NCBI GenBank assembly: GCA_046719195.1
Contig: JBDNDI010000001.1
Location: forward strand, 1 to 35,886
Source of the DNA: Spirochaetales bacterium
GTDB taxonomy: Bacteria; Spirochaetota; Spirochaetia; DTKZ01
Direction of reading: 5' to 3'
DNA: 35,886 nt
A program made the translations under genes and the position numbers. Each line of letters begins with the position of its first letter. The stretch's first letter is position 1. The notes beneath the pieces are model-generated. The model searched no databases. It was not told where the DNA came from and worked only from the letters and a program-made list of their open reading frames with translations. This document shows, one piece after another, positions 7,231 to 14,557 of this stretch.

Positions 7231-9360
7231 TTAAAGTCTAAACAACAGATCCGCATAACTGGGTATAGGCCAGCGTTCCTTGCTTACCATTGCCTCTAGC
7301 TTATCGGCATGCCTCCTCACTTCTCCCATCATCTGAAATACCTTGTTTCTCATAAACCGAGCATGGGCGAGTAAGTCTTCGCCATGTTCCTCTGCCTCAT
7401 GGACTAGAGCTTCTAAAGCTCGGGTTTTCTCTTTTAAGGCTGCTACCTCCCCTACTAAATCTTTTAGAAACGCTTCATGCACACTGATAGTTATTGAAGA
7501 GCTAGCCTCTTTAACCCGTACAAGGGTATCTGCAGTTTCTTTGATAAAGGATAGCACTGCCGGGTAGATCTGTTTATTCACCATGTTAATCATGGTTTTT
7601 GCTTCAATATTGATCTGTTTGATGTATCGCTCCATATAAATAGCATAGCGGGATTCTAATTCTTCCCGGGTAAATACGTTGTGCTTGGTGAACAGATCTA
7701 TACAATACGGTTTAAGGATTTCCGTTAAGGCTTCAACAGTATTTGTTATATTCGGAAGCCCTCGTCGTTCTGCTTCCTTAATCCATTCGGGAGCATAGTT
7801 GTTTCCGTTAAATACAATGCGTTTATGGGCAATGTAGGTCTCTTTTACAATTTTCTCGACTGCTTTGTTTGGATCCGGGGAACTTTCTAAAATATCAGCA
7901 AACTGAGATAAAATCTCTGCAACCGCAGTGTTTAACACTACATTGGGACCCGCAACACTTTCCGAAGAGGGAACCATACGGAACTCGAACTTATTTCCGG
8001 TAAAAGCGAATGGAGAGGTTCGGTTACGATCTGTCAGGTCCTTTGGCAGCTTGGGTAGGGTATTTACCCCAATTTCTAATTTGCCCCCACCCCTAGCTTC
8101 AACAGGTTTACCGTTAGCTAAGTTTTCTAAGATTTCCGTTAGGCTGTCTCCTAAGAAGATAGAAATAATAGCAGGTGGCGCCTCATTAGCTCCTAAACGA
8201 TGATCATTTCCACTATTAGCACAGGACATTCGGAGTAAAGAGGCGTAGACATCTACAGACTTTATTACAGCCATACAAAATACTAGAAACTGTGCATTTG
8301 CATGCGGGTTATCCCCCGGGTCTAAAAGATTAATACCATCATCGGTAGAGATAGACCAGTTATTGTGTTTTCCTGATCCGTTCACTCCTGCAAAAGGCTT
8401 TTCATGGAGCAGGGCTGCTAATCCATGTCGGTTTGCTACCCTTTTTATGGTTTCCATAACTAATTGGTTCCAATCGCAGGCTACACTAGAAGTAGTAAAT
8501 ATAGTAGCCAATTCAAACTGGTTGGGAGCAACCTCGTTGTGCTGAGTTTTTGCAGCAATGCCTAACTTCCACAACTCAAAGTTCAGTTCCCGCATAAAAT
8601 CAGCAATTCTCTCTTTTAAGTAACCAAAGTAGTGATCTTCCATCTCCTGCCCCTTGGGGGGTGGCGCTCCAAAAAGAGTTCGGCCCGTGAGCATCAGGTC
8701 AAGGCGTTTTTCAAATAACGCTTTTTCTACCAGGAAATACTCCTGTTCTGGACCCAAGGTGGTAACTACTCGTTTAGAAGTGGTATTTCCCAAAGCCCGT
8801 AATACCCGTAATGCCTGCCGGTTTAAAGCTTCCATGGAGCGCAAAAGAGGTACTTTTTTATCTAAAGCTTCTCCTGTGTAGGAAACAAAAGCCGTAGGAA
8901 TGTAGAGTGTTACACCGGTTTGATCTTCTTTTAGAAAAGCAGGTGTATTCACATCCCAGGCTGTATACCCCCGTGCCTCAAAGGTAGAGCGAAGCCCCCC
9001 CGAAGGGAAGGAAGAGGCATCCGGCTCACCTTTAATCAGTTCCTTTCCAGAAAACTCCATAATTACTCTTCCATCGGCAGTGGGAGAAATAAAGGAGTCG
9101 TGTTTCTCGGCGGTTAAACCGGTTAATGGCTGGAACCAATGGGTAAAATGAGTAGCACCATGCTCAATAGCCCAATCTCGCATAGCATTAGCCACAACTT
9201 CTGCCACTTCTAAGGTTAATTCCGTCTCGCCCTGTTGAACCCGTTTCAATTCTTTGTAAATCGCTTTGGGTAGTCTTTCCCGCATTACAGAATCATTAAA
9301 TGAGTGGATTCCATAAATCTGGGGAACCGGTGTTTGAGTAAAATCGATTGTTTTTGACAT
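7231..9360 (-). CDS. glnN: glutamine synthetase type III (GSIII)
   Basis: 709 aa, the characteristic GSIII length. The sequence is typical of GSIII (N-terminal MSKTIDF..PQIYGIHSFND; catalytic region ...NGSGKHNNWS..., HRLGANEAPP). The RBS AGAGGAGAA lies upstream. Confidence 0.9.
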   Translation of the reverse strand: MSKTIDFTQTPVPQIYGIHSFNDSVMRERLPKAIYKELKRVQQGETELTLEVAEVVANAMRDWAIEHGATHFTHWFQPLTGLTAEKHDSFISPTADGRVIMEFSGKELIKGEPDASSFPSGGLRSTFEARGYTAWDVNTPAFLKEDQTGVTLYIPTAFVSYTGEALDKKVPLLRSMEALNRQALRVLRALGNTTSKRVVTTLGPEQEYFLVEKALFEKRLDLMLTGRTLFGAPPPKGQEMEDHYFGYLKERIADFMRELNFELWKLGIAAKTQHNEVAPNQFELATIFTTSSVACDWNQLVMETIKRVANRHGLAALLHEKPFAGVNGSGKHNNWSISTDDGINLLDPGDNPHANAQFLVFCMAVIKSVDVYASLLRMSCANSGNDHRLGANEAPPAIISIFLGDSLTEILENLANGKPVEARGGGKLEIGVNTLPKLPKDLTDRNRTSPFAFTGNKFEFRMVPSSESVAGPNVVLNTAVAEILSQFADILESSPDPNKAVEKIVKETYIAHKRIVFNGNNYAPEWIKEAERRGLPNITNTVEALTEILKPYCIDLFTKHNVFTREELESRYAIYMERYIKQINIEAKTMINMVNKQIYPAVLSFIKETADTLVRVKEASSSITISVHEAFLKDLVGEVAALKEKTRALEALVHEAEEHGEDLLAHARFMRNKVFQMMGEVRRHADKLEAMVSKERWPIPSYADLLFRL

Positions 9361-9401
9361 AAATTCTCCTCTTACAATTCATGCATTTTGTATAATGAAA
9401 A

Positions 9402-9416
9402 GCAATTCTTGTGCCA
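9402..9416 (-). promoter_or_regulatory. sigma-54 (-24/-12) promoter of the GSIII gene
   Basis: The minus strand reads TGGCACaagaaTTGC, an exact TGGCAC-N5-TTGC. Its -12 element lies about 42 nt upstream of the ATG at 9360. Confidence 0.7.
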
Positions 9417-9591
9417 TCTGTTTTCTTCTTTTTGTAATTTCTTAAAGGCAAAACAAATAATCGCTTTTGGTTATTTTTCCTCCCCCTATAATAATACAAA
9501 TTTGTGCCTTATTATGGATAATATTTCGAAAATGTAGGAAATTGCATAAAGATAGCACGGTTATGTAGTATACAGAGAGAGATGGAAATGT

Positions 9592-10473
9592 TCATGCTTC
9601 CTGTTTATACACCCTATATTTCTTTACAAATCCACAAGGGCGATAGGTCATTTTCGCCTGCCTCAGGCCCGGATCCCCTAAATCCTGCTCCCGGTTAATG
9701 TATAAGATGTATTTGGGCAAAGCTGCAGCAAAGGCTTTGTTTACAAATTGATAGATGCCTTTGTAATGTTCAATAGCTTTTTCAAAATGAACAGCGAAAC
9801 TCCTACCCCTGGATAGAGCTTCTCCTAAGGTATACGCTGCGGGCTTATCTTCTACATAATATAAATATCCTTTAAGATTCAACACATCCATTAGCTCTAG
9901 AGCCTCCCGGGCTGCAGGGTAGTCTCCCTCTTCGTTCTTTGACTTTTTCCACTCTTCCAGGATAAAAAAAGCATCCTGTATATGGTTTTTCCGCATAGGT
10001 TTTTCTTCGTATCGGTAGTTGTTTAAAAAAGCATTCACAAGATTTCGTTTTTTATGGTACTGCCTCCCGGCGAGTGTGGCTAAATCTTCCCGCCGGTACA
10101 GGTAATCAAAATTGTCTCTATCTTCTTCGACCCGGTATCCCCATTGTTCCAATTGGATCCTACCCGCATTGGTATCTCCCTCGGAAAGGTTCTTCAGGTA
10201 ATCGTGGGATTGAAAAAGGTCATCGAAAAGTTCTTTATCTTCCGGCAAGCCACAGGGAAGCATGAAGAATTTCTTTCCCTCCTTCTCGCCCGATATTACT
10301 GCTGTTTGATTAGGTAACCAGGAAATGCGATATTTGTAGGTATGGCGGAATAGATACAAACCTGCAAAAGTAAACTCAGAAATACCATCCTTTAGCATGG
10401 AGAGCCGAGGATGTAACACCAAACGCATAGATAAATCTAGGGGTGCGAATTCAGGATATTCGGGTATGTTCAT
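9592..10473 (-). CDS. stand-alone DUF2156 / LPG-synthase-C-like (GNAT-fold) domain protein
   Basis: 293 aa. It resembles the C-terminal transferase domain of aminoacyl-phosphatidylglycerol synthases (..FTFAGLYLFRHTYKYR.., ..LAGRQYHKKRNLVNAF..). No membrane/flippase domain is present. Confidence 0.6.
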   Translation of the reverse strand: MNIPEYPEFAPLDLSMRLVLHPRLSMLKDGISEFTFAGLYLFRHTYKYRISWLPNQTAVISGEKEGKKFFMLPCGLPEDKELFDDLFQSHDYLKNLSEGDTNAGRIQLEQWGYRVEEDRDNFDYLYRREDLATLAGRQYHKKRNLVNAFLNNYRYEEKPMRKNHIQDAFFILEEWKKSKNEEGDYPAAREALELMDVLNLKGYLYYVEDKPAAYTLGEALSRGRSFAVHFEKAIEHYKGIYQFVNKAFAAALPKYILYINREQDLGDPGLRQAKMTYRPCGFVKKYRVYKQEA

Positions 10474-10480
10474 GATGTAT

Positions 10481-10744
10481 TTAAAGTACTAACAAACCCA
10501 CAATAAAACAAACTGCTGATGCAAACCCTTCAAAGCCTCGTTTCCCCTGGGTAAATTTCCAACGTTTTACCATTCCCAATTTAAGAAGCACTTCAAATAC
10601 GCTAGCATTTAGAGTTTGCTTAATGCGAAGGGTGTGGGCTCCATCTGTATGAAGGGTTTCACACTCTAGTTCATCTTTCGTCTTAGAAAGTACCCGGATT
10701 ACATGCAAGAGTCCATCGGCCCCTTCCATTTGGTACGCTTCCAT
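10481..10744 (-). CDS. small hypothetical protein with C-terminal hydrophobic segment
   Basis: 87-aa ORF co-directional with the DUF2156 gene and 7 nt upstream of it. A purine-rich AAAGGGGAGA lies immediately upstream of the ATG. I recognise no family. Confidence 0.4.
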   Translation of the reverse strand: MEAYQMEGADGLLHVIRVLSKTKDELECETLHTDGAHTLRIKQTLNASVFEVLLKLGMVKRWKFTQGKRGFEGFASAVCFIVGLLVL

Positions 10745-10759
10745 GTCTCCCCTTTTTTT

Positions 10760-10785
10760 ATCATCGGAGTATTTTTGTCGATGAT
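10760..10785. promoter_or_regulatory. 7-bp inverted repeat in a 47-bp divergent intergenic region (candidate operator)
   Basis: ATCATCG (10760-10766), a 12-nt spacer, then CGATGAT (10779-10785). It lies between divergent starts at 10744 and 10792. Confidence 0.3.
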
Positions 10786-10791
10786 TAGAGC

Positions 10792-11958
10792 ATGAAACCC
10801 CGATTAAAACTAAAACCCTTCCTAATCTGTATACTTGGCCTTTACGGATTTTCCTGGAGTTTTTCTGAAACTGTACTAGTTTCTGCTTTTGGCTACACCG
10901 TAGAGCTTCCTCCTGATTGGAAAATTCTAGATTCTCAGGATCCTCATTTAATCTCTTTTACGGACGCCTCCAATAGAGCGATCTTTCAAATTGCGGTACT
11001 CTCTTCGGATCATTTCAAGGATGCTAGAGAAATGCTTCAATTTGCCAAAGCGAAATTCAATGCTAGGGGCGATATAGCTACCTTTATCTACGATCAAAAA
11101 GAAGCAGCTTTGGCAGACTTTACCTTTTTAGCAGGTAGATATCCGGCAAGAGGGTATTTTATTGGTCTACCCCATGCACCGCATCCCTACCTTTTAACAG
11201 GTTTTACCTCGGTTTCCTACTATGAAGAGTTTCACGATACCCTTCTCTCTTTGTTAGACAGCTTTTCTCCTAGCGCCGAGGCCCGGAAAGCCCCCGGCAT
11301 TATCAGTCAGTTTTACAATCCCTTCCCCGATCCTAAAAGCCTAACAAAAAGTATATCCAAGGACAATGTATCTCTACCTTTTCAAATCGGATCGGGAGAA
11401 GGGGAGGCAAACTCCGTAGTGATTGAACGGGAAGCTAGGGTACTAAGCCGGTATGTTACCCAACCCAAGCTATTTGTAGAAGCCTGGAAACGCTATTATC
11501 AAGTCGTATACCGGGACACTTATCTTCGTCTTGCAAGCTTAGCAAATGTAATAGATGCGCATTACAAAGAGAGCAAAATTCCCCGCCATCAATATCCTCA
11601 TGAATTATTGCGCTGGGTTCAATCCTTTACCTACAGTCGTCCCGCTAATGTATCGGATCTAGCTTCCCCTGTAGAGGTAGCCCTAAGCGCGACCGGCGAT
11701 TGTGATGCCCGTGCCCTTCTCTTCATAGTCCTGCTTAACCATTGGGGATTCGACGCAATCTTAATGGTTTCTCATACCTACAAACATGCTATGGCAGCAA
11801 TAGATATCCCGGGACAGGGGGCAAGAATGGAGTTTGAAGGGAAAAAATATCTGGTGGCAGAAGTAACAGACAAGGTAAATATGGGGCTTATAAACCGGGA
11901 TATGGCTAATCCGGCAGAATGGATTCCTATATCCTTTAACGGGAGCATACGCCCCTAG
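10792..11958 (+). CDS. exported hypothetical protein with C-terminal transglutaminase-like (papain-fold) Cys/His/Asp signature
   Basis: 388 aa with an N-terminal signal peptide (KPFLICILGLYGFSWS). The C-terminus has ATGDCDARALLFIVLLNHWGFDAILMV...YKHAMAAID...AEVTD, resembling a transglutaminase-core C-H-D arrangement. The functional call is tentative. Confidence 0.5.
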   Translation: MKPRLKLKPFLICILGLYGFSWSFSETVLVSAFGYTVELPPDWKILDSQDPHLISFTDASNRAIFQIAVLSSDHFKDAREMLQFAKAKFNARGDIATFIYDQKEAALADFTFLAGRYPARGYFIGLPHAPHPYLLTGFTSVSYYEEFHDTLLSLLDSFSPSAEARKAPGIISQFYNPFPDPKSLTKSISKDNVSLPFQIGSGEGEANSVVIEREARVLSRYVTQPKLFVEAWKRYYQVVYRDTYLRLASLANVIDAHYKESKIPRHQYPHELLRWVQSFTYSRPANVSDLASPVEVALSATGDCDARALLFIVLLNHWGFDAILMVSHTYKHAMAAIDIPGQGARMEFEGKKYLVAEVTDKVNMGLINRDMANPAEWIPISFNGSIRP

Positions 11959-11960
11959 GT

Positions 11961-12800
11961 TTACAGCTTTCCTCCCATTTCTATATACGCCTGGTACACG
12001 TTTCCTAGGGCTTCCACCTCTTTGGAGCTTAACGGGTGTTCCCTAGAAAAATCCGGAAAAGCAAAAATAAGCCTGATACTTTCTGCCCCCTGTACAATTA
12101 CTTTAAAAATATCCAGCACTTTCCCCTGTACCGGCAGTCGCACTAATTGTAGCCTTCTCCCATCCTGCTCTGTAATTAGGGCCTCCCGGCTAGTATAGGA
12201 AAGGGGGAACAGTTGCCCCTCTCTCGATAGACCGATACTGACTAGTTGATAATCCGGTTTCGGAGTCCAATAGGTTAGGCGAATATTTAAAAAAAGCTGC
12301 AGATTCGCTTCTTTTCGTTCTTCAATGGAAAGGTATAAGGCAACCGGTGGAAGAGTATCTATAAAAGAATCGTAGTATTCCACCCCTCCATCTGCCAAGG
12401 TTCTTTTAGAAATACCCTTTCTGCCACCCGTCTGTTGGGAAAAGGTGTTTTTAGTCGCCTGTTCCATACTCTTTAAAGGGTAAGCCCATTCTAAATCTTT
12501 CAACAATTGCTGCAGGTATTGAACTTCTTTTCGAAGATTAACAAGGTCTTTTTGTAGGGTGGCTCGCACTTCTGCCTCGGTTTCCCGTCCCTTCTTTAAC
12601 TCCCCAATCTCTTCCTCTTTTTGTTTTAGTTCTTCTTTTAGGGTTTGCACCTGTCTTTGTAACTCTAGTTCTCTATTTCTGCTATGGGATAATTCCTGTT
12701 GCAGTTGCAGATTTTCCTCCTGCAACCGTTGCACAGGAACAGTCTGACAGGAAATCAACACTATCCCCAAAACAAAAAATATTCCTCTACACTTACACAT
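11961..12800 (-). CDS. coiled-coil lipoprotein, uncharacterised
   Basis: 279 aa. The signal peptide carries the lipobox LISC (MCKCRGIFFVLGIVLISCQ). A heptad-rich, Glu/Lys/Gln-rich segment of about 80 aa follows. The RBS AAGAGG lies 5 nt upstream of the ATG. Confidence 0.8.
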   Translation of the reverse strand: MCKCRGIFFVLGIVLISCQTVPVQRLQEENLQLQQELSHSRNRELELQRQVQTLKEELKQKEEEIGELKKGRETEAEVRATLQKDLVNLRKEVQYLQQLLKDLEWAYPLKSMEQATKNTFSQQTGGRKGISKRTLADGGVEYYDSFIDTLPPVALYLSIEERKEANLQLFLNIRLTYWTPKPDYQLVSIGLSREGQLFPLSYTSREALITEQDGRRLQLVRLPVQGKVLDIFKVIVQGAESIRLIFAFPDFSREHPLSSKEVEALGNVYQAYIEMGGKL

Positions 12801-12814
12801 GCTGACCTCTTAAG

Positions 12815-12842
12815 AAAAAAAAAGGAGAGTGAACCTCTCCTT
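12815..12842 (-). terminator. intrinsic-terminator-like hairpin plus U-run located 14 nt upstream of the lipoprotein start codon
   Basis: The minus strand reads AAGGAGAG-GTTCA-CTCTCCTT followed by a T-run (plus-strand A9 at 15-23). This is an 8-bp stem (12822-12829 / 12835-12842) with a 5-nt loop. Confidence 0.55.
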
Positions 12843-12910
12843 ACCCCTTTAGTACCCCGGGAATCCCCCACGTAGGAAAATCCCCCTTGTTTCCGGAACT
12901 ATCTAGAATT

Positions 12911-12939
12911 ATTGTAAACCCTAAATACTATTCCGTCAA
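12911..12939 (-). promoter_or_regulatory. sigma-70-type promoter (TTGACG-17-TACAAT) reading toward the terminator hairpin and lipoprotein gene
   Basis: On the minus strand, TTGACG lies at 12939-12934, followed by exactly 17 nt, then TACAAT at 12916-12911. Confidence 0.55.
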
Positions 12940-12993
12940 ATGTTTTGTATGGAACAGTTGGAAAAAACCGAACAAATCTGTATAAGGGAGAAT

Positions 12994-14052
12994 ATGAAAG
13001 AGTTTTGGGTGCTGTACAATGCGGTTCCGAAAGAAACTTTACAGACCAAAGAAGGTATTTCCGAAGCGGCAGTGGAGGAAGAAGCCTTGGCGGTATATTC
13101 CCATTTAACCACCCTAGGGTACTCTCCTCGGTTATATCCTTTAGATGATATAACCACGCTAGGAAAGGATTTGAAAAATCCTCCTCAATTAATCTTTAAT
13201 TTGTGCGAAGGATACAGGGGAAAAGCTTTTAGAGAGATGCACGTAGCTGCATTTTTAGAACTAATGGAAATACCCTTTACGGGTAACCGGGCGAAGACGC
13301 TTCTTATTGCCCAGGATAAAGACTTAACAAAAAGAATACTTTCTTCGCATGGATTACCCACCCCTTCTTGGGCAGTTTTTTCCGGGGAAAAGAACTTTGA
13401 AGAAGAAGCCTTAATGTTGGGTATAGCCGAGAGGACCGATTTAGGGAAAATACTCCCAGTGAACCAAGCAGGTAGTAAAAAAATTCAGTTCCCCGTCATA
13501 CTTAAACCTTCCCAAGAAGATTCTAGTTTGGGAATAGAGAAAGATAGTGTGGTGTATAGTACGGATCAACTCTTGCAGCAGGCGAAAAAGTTATACAATC
13601 AGTTTCAGCAACCGATATTGGTGGAAGAGTTCTTAGCTGGCCGCGAATTTAGTCTAAGCCTTCTTCAAAGGGGCAAGGAATTACAGATTCTTCCGGTTTC
13701 CGAGCTTCTTTTCCAACAATTTGAAGAAGAACCCCCGATTGTATCGTACGATGCGAAGTGGCTACCTGAAACTCTCTCTTTTCAACGCACCCCTTCTATC
13801 TGCCCTGCCTCTGTTGCTAAAGAACTAGAAGATCATTTGAAACACCTAGCCTTAAGAACCTTCCAGATTTTGGGGGGTAAAGACTATGCAAGAGTAGATA
13901 TTCGCCTCGATGCAGGAGGGAATCCCCATGTATTAGAGTTTAATCCCAATCCCGATATTAGCCCGCAGGCAGGCTTCTGCAAGGCTTTACAGGCAGGAGG
14001 TATAACCTATTCTCATTTCCTCTCTATTCTTATTAGAAACAATCTTTCTTAA
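12994..14052 (+). CDS. D-alanine--D-alanine ligase-like ATP-grasp enzyme
   Basis: The sequence is Ddl-family-like (..IFNLCEGYRG.., DKDLTKRIL..GLPTP, FPVILKPSQEDSSLGI, ARVDIRLD..G.PHVLEFNPNP). I prefer ATG 12994 (AAGGGAG at 12984-12990) over the track start 12940. Confidence 0.8.
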   Translation: MKEFWVLYNAVPKETLQTKEGISEAAVEEEALAVYSHLTTLGYSPRLYPLDDITTLGKDLKNPPQLIFNLCEGYRGKAFREMHVAAFLELMEIPFTGNRAKTLLIAQDKDLTKRILSSHGLPTPSWAVFSGEKNFEEEALMLGIAERTDLGKILPVNQAGSKKIQFPVILKPSQEDSSLGIEKDSVVYSTDQLLQQAKKLYNQFQQPILVEEFLAGREFSLSLLQRGKELQILPVSELLFQQFEEEPPIVSYDAKWLPETLSFQRTPSICPASVAKELEDHLKHLALRTFQILGGKDYARVDIRLDAGGNPHVLEFNPNPDISPQAGFCKALQAGGITYSHFLSILIRNNLS

Positions 14053-14077
14053 TCAAGGTCAAGAAAGTGAGGAATCT

Positions 14078-14557
14078 ATGAAACTAGACTGTATCCGGCC
14101 TTTTAACCAACACGATCGTACCCCCATTGGAGAAATACTTCGATCCACCCACATGTTTACCCAGGAAGAAGTAGCTGTTGCTATGGAGCTTATCGATACC
14201 TTTTTACAGAATCCTTACCAGAAGGATTACCTCCTGTATACAGCCGAAGCCCAAGAAAAAGCCGTAGGATATGTATGCTATGGGCCTACCCCGGCCACAG
14301 AAGGCACCTTTGATCTGTATTGGATCGCTGTAGATCCGTCGTTACAAAATTCAGGTGTAGGCACCCAATTACTTCTCTTTACCGAAGAACAAATTAAGAA
14401 AGCTGGAGGAAGGCTCATCATTATTGAAACTTCCTCACAGGAGAAATACCAGCCTACCCGTATCTTTTACGAACGAAAAGGATATACCCTAGAAGCCCGA
14501 ATTAAAGATTTTTACCGGCTGGGAGATGACCGGCTTATTTACACCAAAAGGTTTTAA
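14078..14557 (+). CDS. GNAT-family N-acetyltransferase
   Basis: 159 aa with acetyl-CoA motif A (LQNSGVGTQLL). The RBS GTGAGGAA lies upstream, 25 nt downstream of the ATP-grasp gene. Confidence 0.8.
   Translation: MKLDCIRPFNQHDRTPIGEILRSTHMFTQEEVAVAMELIDTFLQNPYQKDYLLYTAEAQEKAVGYVCYGPTPATEGTFDLYWIAVDPSLQNSGVGTQLLLFTEEQIKKAGGRLIIIETSSQEKYQPTRIFYERKGYTLEARIKDFYRLGDDRLIYTKRF

Noticed and set aside
9296-9499. 67-aa minus-strand ORF overlapping the 5' end and promoter of the glutamine synthetase gene
   Set aside because: It is out of frame with the GSIII start and spans the sigma-54 promoter and RBS. The peptide is Lys/Arg/Asn-rich and shows no translation signals.
10481-10744. Possibility that the 87-aa ORF is a C-terminal remnant of an IS5/IS4-type DDE transposase. 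The C-terminal pattern loosely resembles ...R..IE..F..LK...
   Set aside because: The resemblance is weak and the spacing is off. There are no inverted repeats, no upstream transposase fragments and no target duplications nearby. I kept it as a hypothetical small protein.
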